From an uncultured Holophagales bacterium (lineage in GTDB: Bacteria; Acidobacteriota; Thermoanaerobaculia; Multivoradales; UBA5704), in assembly GCA_963842525.1 (NCBI GenBank), contig CAWJGT010000001.1:288001-352000 (forward strand): a stretch of DNA of 64,000 bases, in the 5' to 3' direction. The notes under the pieces are model-generated. The model worked only from the letters and a program-made list of their open reading frames with translations. It did no database searches and was not told where the DNA came from. Within the stretch, counting starts at the first letter, position 1. Each line of letters begins with the position of its first letter. The position numbers and the translations under genes are program-made. Below, one piece after another: positions 19,201-27,814 of the stretch.

Positions 19201-21047
19201 TCTCCCACACCTTCGCGGCGCCCGGCACCTACAACGTGCGGCTGAGCATCCGGAAGCAGGGGACGGGCCCGACCTGTCTCTTCAACATCTGTATCGCCCA
19301 AACGACCAAGGCGGTCACCGTGACGTCGTCGACGCCCACGCCCACGCTGAACCCGGGCTACACGGTCGACGCCGCGGCGACCTGCGAGAACCAGTTCGGG
19401 TTCGAGATCTGCAGGACCGTGACCAACAAGGTCGTGACCTTAACCGCCAACGAGGCGGACGCGACCTACGCCTGGGACTTCGGAGACGGCAAGACCGGCA
19501 CCGGCCGGGTCGTCACCCACGCGTGGAGCGCCCCGGGCGCCTTCGGCGTATCGCTCAACGTCACCAAGGGCGGAGCGAGCGGCAGCTCGTCGAAGAACTT
19601 CAGCATCAGCGGCGACGTGGTCGGCGGCGGCAAGAAGACCGTCGTGCTGCCCTGGATCGCGCAGAGCCGGGGCCCGCTCACCCAGTCGAGCGACCTCTAC
19701 CTGCACAACCCGGGCAGCGCGGAGATCGAGGTCACCCTCGAGTTCCGCCAGCGCGGCCTCTCGGAAGCGAACCCGCCGCGGGTGAAGCGCACGATCCAGG
19801 CCGGCGCCACGCTGTTCGTGGCCGACGTGCTGCGCGACCTCTTCGACCGCGAGAATTACACGGGCTTCGTCAACGTCATCCTCGAGAAGGGGGTGGCCGA
19901 GCCGGTCATCACCTCGTTCAACACCACCTTCTCGAACGACGGCTCCGAGTTCGGCCAGAGCGTGGCAGGGATCTCGCTGAGCACCGCCGGCGGTGCAGCC
20001 AGCAGCGGCGCGCCGCCGAACAAGCAGTACCTGATCGGCCTCAACGACAACAGCGAGCGGGTGGCCTACTTCGGGGTCAGCAACCCGAACGACCAGCCCA
20101 CCACCTATAAGCTGAAGTTCTACGACAGCGACGGCAAGCCGGTGGGCAAGGGCGACTACCAGATCACGCTGTCCCGCTTCGGCCAGAAGCAGTACCAGCC
20201 GAAGGATCTGCGGACCCTGTTCGGCGTCCACGACGTCGACGACTTCCGGGTCGAGGTCGAGACCACGGCCGGCGGGAAGGTCTTCCCGTTCGGCGCCAGC
20301 ATCCGGGTCGGGTCGGAGGACCCCTCGTTCATCGGCACCGGCACGCAGGCCGACGCGAAGGTCTACCTCCTGGGCGCGTTGAGCACCAAGGGCCTCAACG
20401 AGAGCCTGTGGCAGACCGACCTGGTGATCTCCAACACGACCGGCGAGGTGATCCTCACCGAGCTCACCTTCACCGGCACCGGCGTCACGGCCGAGCCCAC
20501 GTCCCCGGTCAAGTTGACCTTGCAGCCGGGGGAGAGCCGGCGTCTGGCCAACGTGCTCGAGCAGTGGGGCCTCACCAAGGCGGTGGGCGTCCTCACGCTC
20601 GACAGCGACGCGTCGGGCGGCGTCTTCCCGCTCGTCCAGGGCGAGAGCTACGAGAACACCCAGCCGGCCAGGCGCTTCGGCCAGGCGATGGCGGCCCTCA
20701 CCGACCGGCAGGCCGCCGGCACCGGCAAGGGCCAATACCTGGTGGGCCTGCGCCAGAACGGGAAGCACCGCACCACCCTCTGGGTGTTCAATCCGGGCGA
20801 CCAGCCGGGCGACTACGACGTGATCTACCGCGGCCTCGACGGCAAGGAGCTCGGCCGGATCGCGACCAAGCTCGGCCCGGGCAAGCTGCGGCAGCTCAGC
20901 CCGAACCAGCACCCGCTGCCCAAGGCCGGCGTCGAAGGCGGCTTCACCGTCCAGGTCGTGGTCAAGAGCGGCAAGGTGCTGGCCTCGGCGCAGGTGATCA
21001 ACAACGTGACGAATGACCCCGCCTACATCCAGGGCGAGACGCGCTAG
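16203..21047 (+). CDS. large secreted protein: LVIVD-like propeller, multiple PKD domains, repeated C-terminal beta domains
   Basis: Signal peptide; EILDVSNPASP/LFDVSNPASP; WDFGDG, WNFGD and SHTFAAPGTYNV PKD motifs; C-terminal units such as SDLYLHNPG, TDLVISN, TTLWVFNPG. Confidence 0.88.
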   Translation: MADSSPFPRRPWSRLFAVALLALLGAAAVSSPLQAQQCDRTGCGRLSGACGGFFAKPAPQNRWTDLEAVDPSPLPVTRDSTKFNQSGQETTNIFDFFSWFMSVDVENGYLIGAIAHGIQIWDVRTNPSSPVLVSQYKGGWAAPAGNWPEWVNDPHVFYPLYDVDAPAGKDNVAAIVGEGGIGLTIFDLTDKSQPRLAYRSHKKDMRQVYAATIGGVDYAFGAAYQGEPSGGLYVYNMTAAKQYSLCTEAWPAAGEAVACPGVYVGKTGTLTNVYYVDGVDNFVVTSAGASRGFEILDVSNPASPQQKLKSLTTSSVYGVALWREGATYYLGAITDTSLRIYDVSCITGSCSGLGAPLATIPMQLSTREELLTFSRSGATPFLYVGSDDNCRGGSPQREFLFDVSNPASPRSLGGQSYFDWYYRGSATGFNRVAPRTAKFNNEYLYRAGLSILDIHKLRVAGPPTADFTHAPTEVYPGTPVQFTDTSTGGATGWTWTFPPQASVAASLVQNPANVTFSTTGPFPATLPVSLVVTNSAGTSAPALKTVKVLDPAPQVADTSVTPPSPYVCQPITFEAEATGKPNLSYAWTITRDGVTAPVKTGSGNPFTWSDTNAATPDDYTAVVEVTNGDNQKITAPATFVLNALPALPAEGAFEPVCTNCTAGSPPSGTALLTVNVPGATEWCWDFGDGTTFPAGCVTAGLIFGTFTSDPEKGPATSHVYTTTGAKAVKVYVKNCVNLVPRAGSLTVNITQTEPLVAGFHQVGLFCQALGCFGSVNQAITFEDSSTGAEVWDIDWNGDGFSVGTDNQLGLTASAFTNKRITHTYTSPGTYTPKLRVKRGLEVSDTYSHTPIIVSSSNPGPTASISVSGPGTGKVNTSYTFAASATGCTPNNSWSWGVSGGTIAGAADGASISVSWSSAGTKTVQASNSGCSGVQGSKPVSITTDDPGPGTGTLEAQFSWTPTTPKSGEAASFNGSASTGGPESYEWNFGDNTPNASGAIVSHTFAAPGTYNVRLSIRKQGTGPTCLFNICIAQTTKAVTVTSSTPTPTLNPGYTVDAAATCENQFGFEICRTVTNKVVTLTANEADATYAWDFGDGKTGTGRVVTHAWSAPGAFGVSLNVTKGGASGSSSKNFSISGDVVGGGKKTVVLPWIAQSRGPLTQSSDLYLHNPGSAEIEVTLEFRQRGLSEANPPRVKRTIQAGATLFVADVLRDLFDRENYTGFVNVILEKGVAEPVITSFNTTFSNDGSEFGQSVAGISLSTAGGAASSGAPPNKQYLIGLNDNSERVAYFGVSNPNDQPTTYKLKFYDSDGKPVGKGDYQITLSRFGQKQYQPKDLRTLFGVHDVDDFRVEVETTAGGKVFPFGASIRVGSEDPSFIGTGTQADAKVYLLGALSTKGLNESLWQTDLVISNTTGEVILTELTFTGTGVTAEPTSPVKLTLQPGESRRLANVLEQWGLTKAVGVLTLDSDASGGVFPLVQGESYENTQPARRFGQAMAALTDRQAAGTGKGQYLVGLRQNGKHRTTLWVFNPGDQPGDYDVIYRGLDGKELGRIATKLGPGKLRQLSPNQHPLPKAGVEGGFTVQVVVKSGKVLASAQVINNVTNDPAYIQGETR

Positions 21048-21066
21048 CGGCTCTCCCCGTTCTCCG

Positions 21067-22413
21067 ATGATCGAAAAGAGCCGCCGGTGGAGCCGGCGGC
21101 TCTTTTCTTTCCTGGCGCTGGCGCTGCTGGCGGCCGCGGCCTGCCAGCCCCGGTCCCAGGGTGAGCTGCCGGGCACCTCTGCGACCCCTGCGACCCCGGC
21201 AATCACCGCCGCTCCGCCGCAAACCGAGCCTTCCCAGGGAGACGCCTCGCAGGGCAAATGGCGCAAGGCGCGCCGGGCTCCCGGCCCGTCCGGTGCCGGC
21301 GAGCGGGCCGCCGATGTCAAGGCCCTTCCCTATCTCCAGGGCTACCGGCCCGCGGTGGACCGCCCCGAGGTCGTCGTGCACGACGCCTCGGCGGTCGCGC
21401 CCGGTCTCAACCTGGTTCTCTCGGGGCACGCCGCCGAGGCGGTGCTGATGGACCGGGACGGGCGGCGCCTGCATCGCTGGCGCCAGCCGCTGCGCCGGCT
21501 CTGGCCGGAGCTCGCCGCCGACCCTGACCTGGCGAAGCTCGAATACTGGCGCCGGGCCTGGCTGTTTCCCAACGGCGACCTGCTGGCCATTTACGAAGGG
21601 TTGGGCCTGGTCAAGGTGGACGCCCGCTCGCGGGTCCTCTGGGCGCGGCGCGGCGGCTTTCATCACGACCTGTTCGTCACCGCCTCCGGCGACGTCTGGG
21701 TGCTCGACCGGGAGGGGAAGGTCCTCCCCAGGATCAACCCGCACGAGGGGGTTCTGGAGGACTTCGTCACCGTGCTCGACGCGCAGGGGCGCACGAAGCG
21801 GCGGATCTCGATCGTGGCGGCTTTCGAGAGGTCGCGCTATGCCTCCCTCCTCAGCCGGATGCCGAAGAAGGGCGATATCTTCCATACCAACACCCTCGAG
21901 GTCCTGGACGGGCGCTTCGCGGAACGCAGCCCTGCCTTCCGCAAGGGGAACCTGCTCCTCTCGGTGCTCAAGCTGGACGCGATCGCGGTCCTCGATCCCG
22001 ACCGTGAAGAGGTGGTCTGGGCGCAGACGGGCATCTGGCGCCGGCAGCACCAACCGACCCTCGTCGGTCCTGGCGACCTGCTGCTCTTCGACAACGTCGG
22101 CGCCGGGCATGCCCGGTCGCGGGTCCTGGAGATCGATCCGCGGACCGGGGCGGTCCGCTGGCAATTCGGCGGCTCCCCCGAGGTGGATCTCTTCTCGAAG
22201 ACGCTCGGCTCCTGCCAGAGGCTGGCGAACGGCAATACGCTGATCACCGAGTCCGAGAACGGGCGCGCTCTGGAGGTCACTCCACAGGGAAGGGTGGTGT
22301 GGGAGCTCAACAACCCGCACCGGGCGGGGGAGCGCAAGGAGCTGGTGGCCGTGCTGTTCGAGGTGGTCCGCCTGCCCCTCGGCTTCCCCTTCCGCGGCCT
22401 GCCGGGCCGCTGA
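21067..22413 (+). CDS. arylsulfotransferase (ASST)-family lipoprotein
   Basis: Lipobox-like LLAAAAC; FHHDL, DIFHTNTL, RQHQP, LLFDN, NGNTLITES motifs. Confidence 0.8.
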   Translation: MIEKSRRWSRRLFSFLALALLAAAACQPRSQGELPGTSATPATPAITAAPPQTEPSQGDASQGKWRKARRAPGPSGAGERAADVKALPYLQGYRPAVDRPEVVVHDASAVAPGLNLVLSGHAAEAVLMDRDGRRLHRWRQPLRRLWPELAADPDLAKLEYWRRAWLFPNGDLLAIYEGLGLVKVDARSRVLWARRGGFHHDLFVTASGDVWVLDREGKVLPRINPHEGVLEDFVTVLDAQGRTKRRISIVAAFERSRYASLLSRMPKKGDIFHTNTLEVLDGRFAERSPAFRKGNLLLSVLKLDAIAVLDPDREEVVWAQTGIWRRQHQPTLVGPGDLLLFDNVGAGHARSRVLEIDPRTGAVRWQFGGSPEVDLFSKTLGSCQRLANGNTLITESENGRALEVTPQGRVVWELNNPHRAGERKELVAVLFEVVRLPLGFPFRGLPGR

Positions 22414-22711
22414 AGCCTCCGGCGGCGGCATGAACATGGCAGGGGAGTTGCTTATTCCAGATCCGTCCCGAAAGACTTTCTTTCGGAGCCCGGGTTCATG
22501 TACACTCTTCCACCCAAGCTCGGCTTTTCCTGGATGCCGTCACTGGTCCGGGGGCAGCTCGACAAGGAGCTCCCCTCCGGCCTGCCTGGCAGCCACCGGG
22601 ATCACGCTCGTGCGAAAATTTGACCAGGAGGTGGTTTCCGTTCCGGAGAGGAGAGTTGTGAGCTGGTTTCTGCTTCCGTTCCCCAAACAACAGATGAGGA
22701 GAGAGACTTAC

Positions 22712-24053
22712 ATGAAGAAACTGGCAATTTGTCTCGCCCTGCTGGGGCTGCTGGCCTTCGGTGGCCAGGCGAACGCCATCATCGGCACGGTCGACGACGT
22801 GCCCGCAGCGACCCTGTTGCTGCCCTACTTCGAGGTCGACCTCGACAACGTCAACGGGGTCCAGACCCTGTTCTCCATCAACAACGCGTCCGCGACGGCG
22901 ATCCTCGCCCACATCGTGGTGTGGTCCGACCTGTCGGTGCCGGTGCTCGACTTCAACATCTATCTCACCGGCTACGACGTCGTCACCATCAACCTGCGCG
23001 ACATCTTCGTCCTCGGCGCGCTGCCGCGGACGGCGTCCGACGGGCAGGATCCGACCGATACCATCAGTCACCAGGGCATCTTCTCGCAGGACATCAACTT
23101 CGCGAGCTGCAACGGCTTCCTGCCGCCGCCGACCCTGCCGGATGACTTCATCCTGCACCTGCAGAACTCGCTGACCGGCCAGGCCTCCAACATCCTGCTG
23201 GTCGGCGGCAACCCCGGCTGCGCGGGCCAGCGGCTGAACGACCGGATCGCCCGCGGCTACATCACGGTCGACACGGTCAACGCCTGCAACCTCGACTTCC
23301 CCTTCACCCCGGGCTATTTCGTGAATGGCGGCGCCGGCACGGCGACGAACCAGAACGTGCTCTGGGGCGATTATTTCTACGTCAACAGCGGCCAGAACTT
23401 CGCCCAGGGCGAGACGCTGGTCCACGTCGAGGCGGCCCCCGGCACCGGCACGGTCGGTGGTGGTACCTACCCCATCAACCCGGAGACCACGACACCCGGC
23501 GAGTACACCTTCTACGGCCGCTACGTGGCGTGGAGCGCCGCGGACAACCGCGAGCCTCTGGCCACGAACTTCGCCGTGCGTTTCATCAACGGCGGCATCT
23601 TCAGCGGCGGCACCAGCATCCTGAGCTGGCGCGACTCGAAGGTCAACCAGGGCGCCTTCACCTGCCCGGCAGTGGCGGGCGTGCGTCCGGCCTGGTACCC
23701 GCTGGGCCAGGAACAGATCGTGATCTTCGACGAGGAGGAGAACCCCGAAGTCTCCGAGCACGCTGCCGGTTTCGCCGCCGCGTCCGGGCACTTCGCTGAT
23801 CCCCTTCCCGGCCGAGGCCAACCGCACGCGGGTCGACGGTCCGGCTCTGCCGGTGACGCCGAGCTTCGGCTGGCTGTTCCTCAACCTGAACCAGTCGAAC
23901 GCGGTCGCCGGCGCCAACCCGCCGGAGGATCCGCTGGCTGCCCAGGCCTGGGTGACGGCTGTGATGGATGCCGAGGGCCGGTTCAGCGTCGGCTTCGACG
24001 CCATCCAGCTCGACAACGCCACCAACGCCAATCACATCCTGATCGGCGACTGA
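22712..24053 (+). CDS. secreted surface-protein paralog 2 (+1 frameshift near 23750, probably an assembly error)
   Basis: Near-identical to paralog 1; gaaGTCTccg has one base more than gagGTTccg (copy 1) or gaaTCTccg (copy 3); C-terminus continues in ORF 23853..24053. Confidence 0.85.
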
Positions 24054-24066
24054 GTCGTTTCCTTCC

Positions 24067-24098
24067 GGGGGACCGGACACCGTCCGGTCCCCCCTTTT
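24067..24098 (+). terminator. rho-independent terminator
   Basis: gggggaccggac-acc-gtccggtccccc followed by ctttt. Confidence 0.85.
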
Positions 24099-24220
24099 CT
24101 CTCCAGTTCGTGTAAACTCTCCTGCAAAGCTCGGTTTTCCTTGCGAGACCCTTCCGGAGCGTGCCGGACGGTCCCCTGCGAGCCCGTTCGGGGGTTTTCC
24201 CAATGCAAAGGGAGGTTTTC

Positions 24221-25598
24221 ATGAAACAGAAGCTGGCAGTCTGTCTTGTCCTGGCAGGCCTGTTGTTGTTGAGCGGGCAGGCCCAGGCCATCATCGGCAC
24301 GGTCGACGACGTGCCCGCAGCGACCTTGCTGCTGCCCTACTTCGAGGTCGATCTCGACAGCGTCAATGGGGTCCAGACCCTGTTCTCCATCAACAACGCG
24401 TCCGCGACGGCGGTCCTGGCTCACATCGTGATCTGGTCCGACCTGTCGGTGCCGGTGCTCGACTTCAACATCTATCTCACCGGCTACGACATCGTCACCA
24501 TCAACCTGCGCGACATCCTCGTCCTCGGCGCGCTGCCGCGGACGGCGTCCGACGGGCAGGATCCGACCGATACCATCAGTCACCAGGGCGCCTTCTCGCA
24601 GGACATCAACTTCGCGAGCTGCAACGGCTTCCTGCCGCCGCCGACCCTGCCGGATGACTTCATCCTGCACCTGCAGAACTCGCTGACCGGCCAGGCCTCC
24701 AACATCCTGCTGGTCGGCGGCAACCCTGGCTGCGCGGGCCAGCGGCTGAACGACCGGATCGCCCGCGGCTACATCACGGTCGACACGGTCAACGCCTGCA
24801 ATCTCGACTTCCCCTTCACCCCGGGCTACTTCGTCAACGGTGGCCAGGGCACGGCGACGAACCAGAACGTGCTCTGGGGCGATTATTTCTACGTGAACAG
24901 CGGCCAGAACTTCGCCCAGGGCGAGACGCTGGTCCACGTCGAGGCCTGCCCCGGGACCGGCACCGGCGGGACCGGGACGTACCCGTTGGCCACCTGCGCC
25001 GATGAGACCACGCTGCCCGGCGAGTACACCTTCTACGGCCGCTACGTGGCGTGGAGCGCCGCGGACAACCGCGAGCCTCTGGCGACGAACTTCGCCGTGC
25101 GCTTCATCAACGGCGGCATCTTCAGCGGCGGCACCAGCATCCTGAGCTGGCGCGACTCGAAGGTCAACCAGGGCGCCTTCACCTGCCCGGCAGTGGCGGG
25201 CGTGCGTCCGGCCTGGTACCCGTTGGGCCAGGAGCAGATCGTGATCTTCGACGAGGAGGAGAACCCCGAATCTCCGAGCACGCTGCCGGTTTCGCCGCCG
25301 CGTCCGGGCACTTCGTTGATCCCCTTCCCGGCCGAGGCCAACCGCACGCGGGTCGACGGTCCGGCTCTGCCGGTGACGCCGAGCTTCGGCTGGCTGTTCC
25401 TCAACCTGAACCAGTTCGAACGCGGTCGCCGGCGCCAACCCGCCGGAGGATCCGCTGGCTGCCCAGGCCTGGGTGACGGCTGTGATGGATGCCGAGGGCC
25501 GGTTCAGCGTCGGCTTCGACGCCATCCAGCTCGACAACGCCACTAATGCCAACCACATCCTGGTCGGTGGCGGCGGCGGCCCCGCCCCCGGCGACTGA
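24221..25598 (+). CDS. secreted surface-protein paralog 3 (+1 frameshift near 25415, probably an assembly error)
   Basis: Near-identical to paralog 2; aaccagTTcgaac vs aaccagTcgaac; corrected frame ends NHILVGGGGGPAPGD-stop at 25596-25598. Confidence 0.85.
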
Positions 25599-25610
25599 GC
25601 AGCTCTCTTC

Positions 25611-25636
25611 GGGGGACCGGCATCGTCCGGTCCCCC
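25611..25636 (+). terminator. hairpin homologous to the paralog 2 terminator but lacking a U-tract
   Basis: gggggaccgg-catcgt-ccggtccccc; may allow read-through into wzt. Confidence 0.55.
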
Positions 25637-25692
25637 TCGCTCTTCCGCGGCCCCGATGGAAACGAATGGAACGGGGTAGAATCCGCAGCGGA

Positions 25693-26952
25693 ATGCCGGA
25701 CCTGGTCATCGAGGTCGAAAACCTCAGCAAGACCTATCGCGTCTATGCGTCTCCGTGGGACCGGCTGCGCGAGCTGCTGACGCGGCGGACGCGGCACCGG
25801 GAGTTCCGCGCCCTCGACGGCGTCGGCTTCACCCTGCCCAAAGGCGAGGGCCTCGCAGTCCTGGGCGAGAACGGCGCCGGCAAGAGCACCCTGCTCAAGA
25901 TCCTGGCCGGTGTCGCGGCCCCGACCGCGGGCTCCTTGCGGGTCGAGGGGAAGGTGGCCTCCATCCTCGAGCTGGGCTCGGGCTTCCACCCCGAGCTGAC
26001 CGGCCGCCAGAACATCGTCCTGAACGCGGCCATGCTGGGGCTGAGCGAGCCGGAGCTGCGGCGCAAGATGCCCGATATCGTGTCGTTCAGCGAGCTCGGG
26101 GAGTTCATCGACCAGCCGGTGAAGGTCTACTCGACCGGCATGGCGATGCGCCTCGGCTTTTCCATTGCCACCCAGATCGAGCCCGACGTGCTCATCATCG
26201 ACGAGGCGCTGTCGGTGGGCGACGGCTATTTCCAGAAGAAGTGCATGGACCGCCTGCTGCGGTTCGTGGACGGAGGCGGGACGCTGCTCTTCTGCTCGCA
26301 TGCGCTCTACTACGTTTCCGCCTTCTGCCAGCGTGCGCTCTGGCTGCGGCAGGGACAGGTAGCCGCGTTGGGTCCGACGGTCGAGGTGGTCCGCGAGTAC
26401 GAGAGCTTCCTGCTGGCCAAGAGCGCACAGGCCCGGGAGGCTCAAGCCGGGCAGGACGCGCCTGTGGGGCCGGCGCGGATCACCGGCGTGCGGCAGGTCG
26501 GCCGGGAGGGAGACGAGGGCGAGGCCGGCCACTACCCGCCGCACGAGCCGTTCGTCCTGGAGGTCGAGTGGGGATGTCAGGATCCGGCGCTGGCCTTCCA
26601 CCTCGCGGTCGGCATCGACCGGATCGACGACGTCCAGGTGCTGTCGTTCAGCAGCCGCCAGGAAGGCCTGGCTGCGGCCACTGGCCACCGCCAATACCGC
26701 GCGCGGCTCATGGTCCCGGAGCTGCCGCTCCTCAAGGGTTCCTTCACCGTCTACGTCTTCCTCCTGGACGAGAGCGCTTTGCACGTCTTCGACCGCCGGA
26801 TGCTGCGTGGCGCGCTGGTCATCGACAACCCGGAGTTCGTCGCCGGTCTGGTGCGCACCGGGCACCGCTGGGAGGTGGAGGCCTTGCGGCCCCCTGTCGG
26901 GCCTGAGGTCGAAGAGCCGTCCCTGCTCGTCAGCTCGAAGCCGTCACGATGA
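25693..26952 (+). CDS. wzt: ABC polysaccharide export ATPase with C-terminal carbohydrate-binding domain (Wzt/RfbB)
   Basis: GENGAGKSTLLK, GFHPELTGRQN, YSTGMAMRLGF, IIDEALSVGD; Wzt_C-like extension. Confidence 0.93.
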   Translation: MPDLVIEVENLSKTYRVYASPWDRLRELLTRRTRHREFRALDGVGFTLPKGEGLAVLGENGAGKSTLLKILAGVAAPTAGSLRVEGKVASILELGSGFHPELTGRQNIVLNAAMLGLSEPELRRKMPDIVSFSELGEFIDQPVKVYSTGMAMRLGFSIATQIEPDVLIIDEALSVGDGYFQKKCMDRLLRFVDGGGTLLFCSHALYYVSAFCQRALWLRQGQVAALGPTVEVVREYESFLLAKSAQAREAQAGQDAPVGPARITGVRQVGREGDEGEAGHYPPHEPFVLEVEWGCQDPALAFHLAVGIDRIDDVQVLSFSSRQEGLAAATGHRQYRARLMVPELPLLKGSFTVYVFLLDESALHVFDRRMLRGALVIDNPEFVAGLVRTGHRWEVEALRPPVGPEVEEPSLLVSSKPSR

Positions 26953-27778
26953 CCTGTTCGAGCAGGCGCAGCGGCGGCTGCCTGCCGCTGGAGAGGGCCT
27001 CCAGGGCGCGCCGCCGGACGGCGAGCGGCGGCAGGGCCAGGAGCGCTTCCAGCGACCTGGTGCCGAGGTGGGGGAGCCAGGCGTCGGAGGCGCCGATCCG
27101 CGGGATCACCCGGCGCCGCCGGAAGCCCGCCTGCTTGAGGAGCCCGAGGATCTCGTGATGGGAGTATTCGCGCAGGTGGAGGCCCTGCGGCACGTCGGAG
27201 AAGTAGCGCGAGATGTCGTGCGGCCCCCAGAGGCGGTGCGGGGTCACGCAAAGGTACCGCCCGCCGGGGACCAGCAGCCGATGCATCTCCCGCAGGTGGA
27301 GCAGCGCGTCGTCCGGCCGCAGGTGCTCGATGAAATGGCAACTGAACGCCAGGTCCACACTGCCGTCCGGCAATGGATAGGGCGGCGCGTCGCTGACCAG
27401 GACCTCGAGGTTGCCGGCCTGCGGGACGATCTGTGCCGACGCTTCGACGGCGGTCGCACGGCGCACGCGCCGGCTCAGCTCGACGGCGAGCGCGCAGTCG
27501 CCGCCGCCGACTTCGAGGAAGCGCGTCTCCGGCCGCAGAAAGGGCTCGAGGAGCCGGAGCTGCAAGCCGACCAGCGCGGACTGGGCCGCCGGGTCGTCCT
27601 TCTGGGCCAGCGACGGATGATGCGGCACGCGGCGCAGGAACTCATCGTACACCGTGCTGTAGAGGCCGCGCGTCGCGCGCGCCTGAAGGAGCCGCTGCGC
27701 CAGCTCGCGCTCGACCTCGAGCTGCTCCCGCAGTTGGTCCATCGTCCGTGTTTCATGAGGAGGGACCGGGTGCGGCAT
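26930..27778 (-). CDS. class I SAM-dependent methyltransferase
   Basis: FLEVGGGDC, PLPDGSVDLAFSCHFIEHL, RLLVPGG, TPHR, HLREY; start uncertain. Confidence 0.85.
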   Translation of the reverse strand: MPHPVPPHETRTMDQLREQLEVERELAQRLLQARATRGLYSTVYDEFLRRVPHHPSLAQKDDPAAQSALVGLQLRLLEPFLRPETRFLEVGGGDCALAVELSRRVRRATAVEASAQIVPQAGNLEVLVSDAPPYPLPDGSVDLAFSCHFIEHLRPDDALLHLREMHRLLVPGGRYLCVTPHRLWGPHDISRYFSDVPQGLHLREYSHHEILGLLKQAGFRRRRVIPRIGASDAWLPHLGTRSLEALLALPPLAVRRRALEALSSGRQPPLRLLEQVIVTASS

Positions 27779-27814
27779 GGGCGGAAAGTCTAGCATCGGG
27801 GGAGGAACGAGCCG

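Noticed and set aside
16134-19301. Long antisense and alternate-frame ORFs (this 1055-aa one and many similar)
   Set aside because: Shadow ORFs of high-GC coding sequence, overlapping well-supported genes and lacking motifs.
23745-25420. Frameshifts in paralogs 2 and 3 as phase variation or silent cassettes
   Set aside because: Neither is in a homopolymer or repeat tract; the paralog 2 site looks like a blend of two alleles, as expected when reads from near-identical copies are mixed.
9281-25598. Similarity of MHIIDIG to the paralog tails (NHILIG, NHIPIG)
   Set aside because: Too short and differently spaced to support a relationship.
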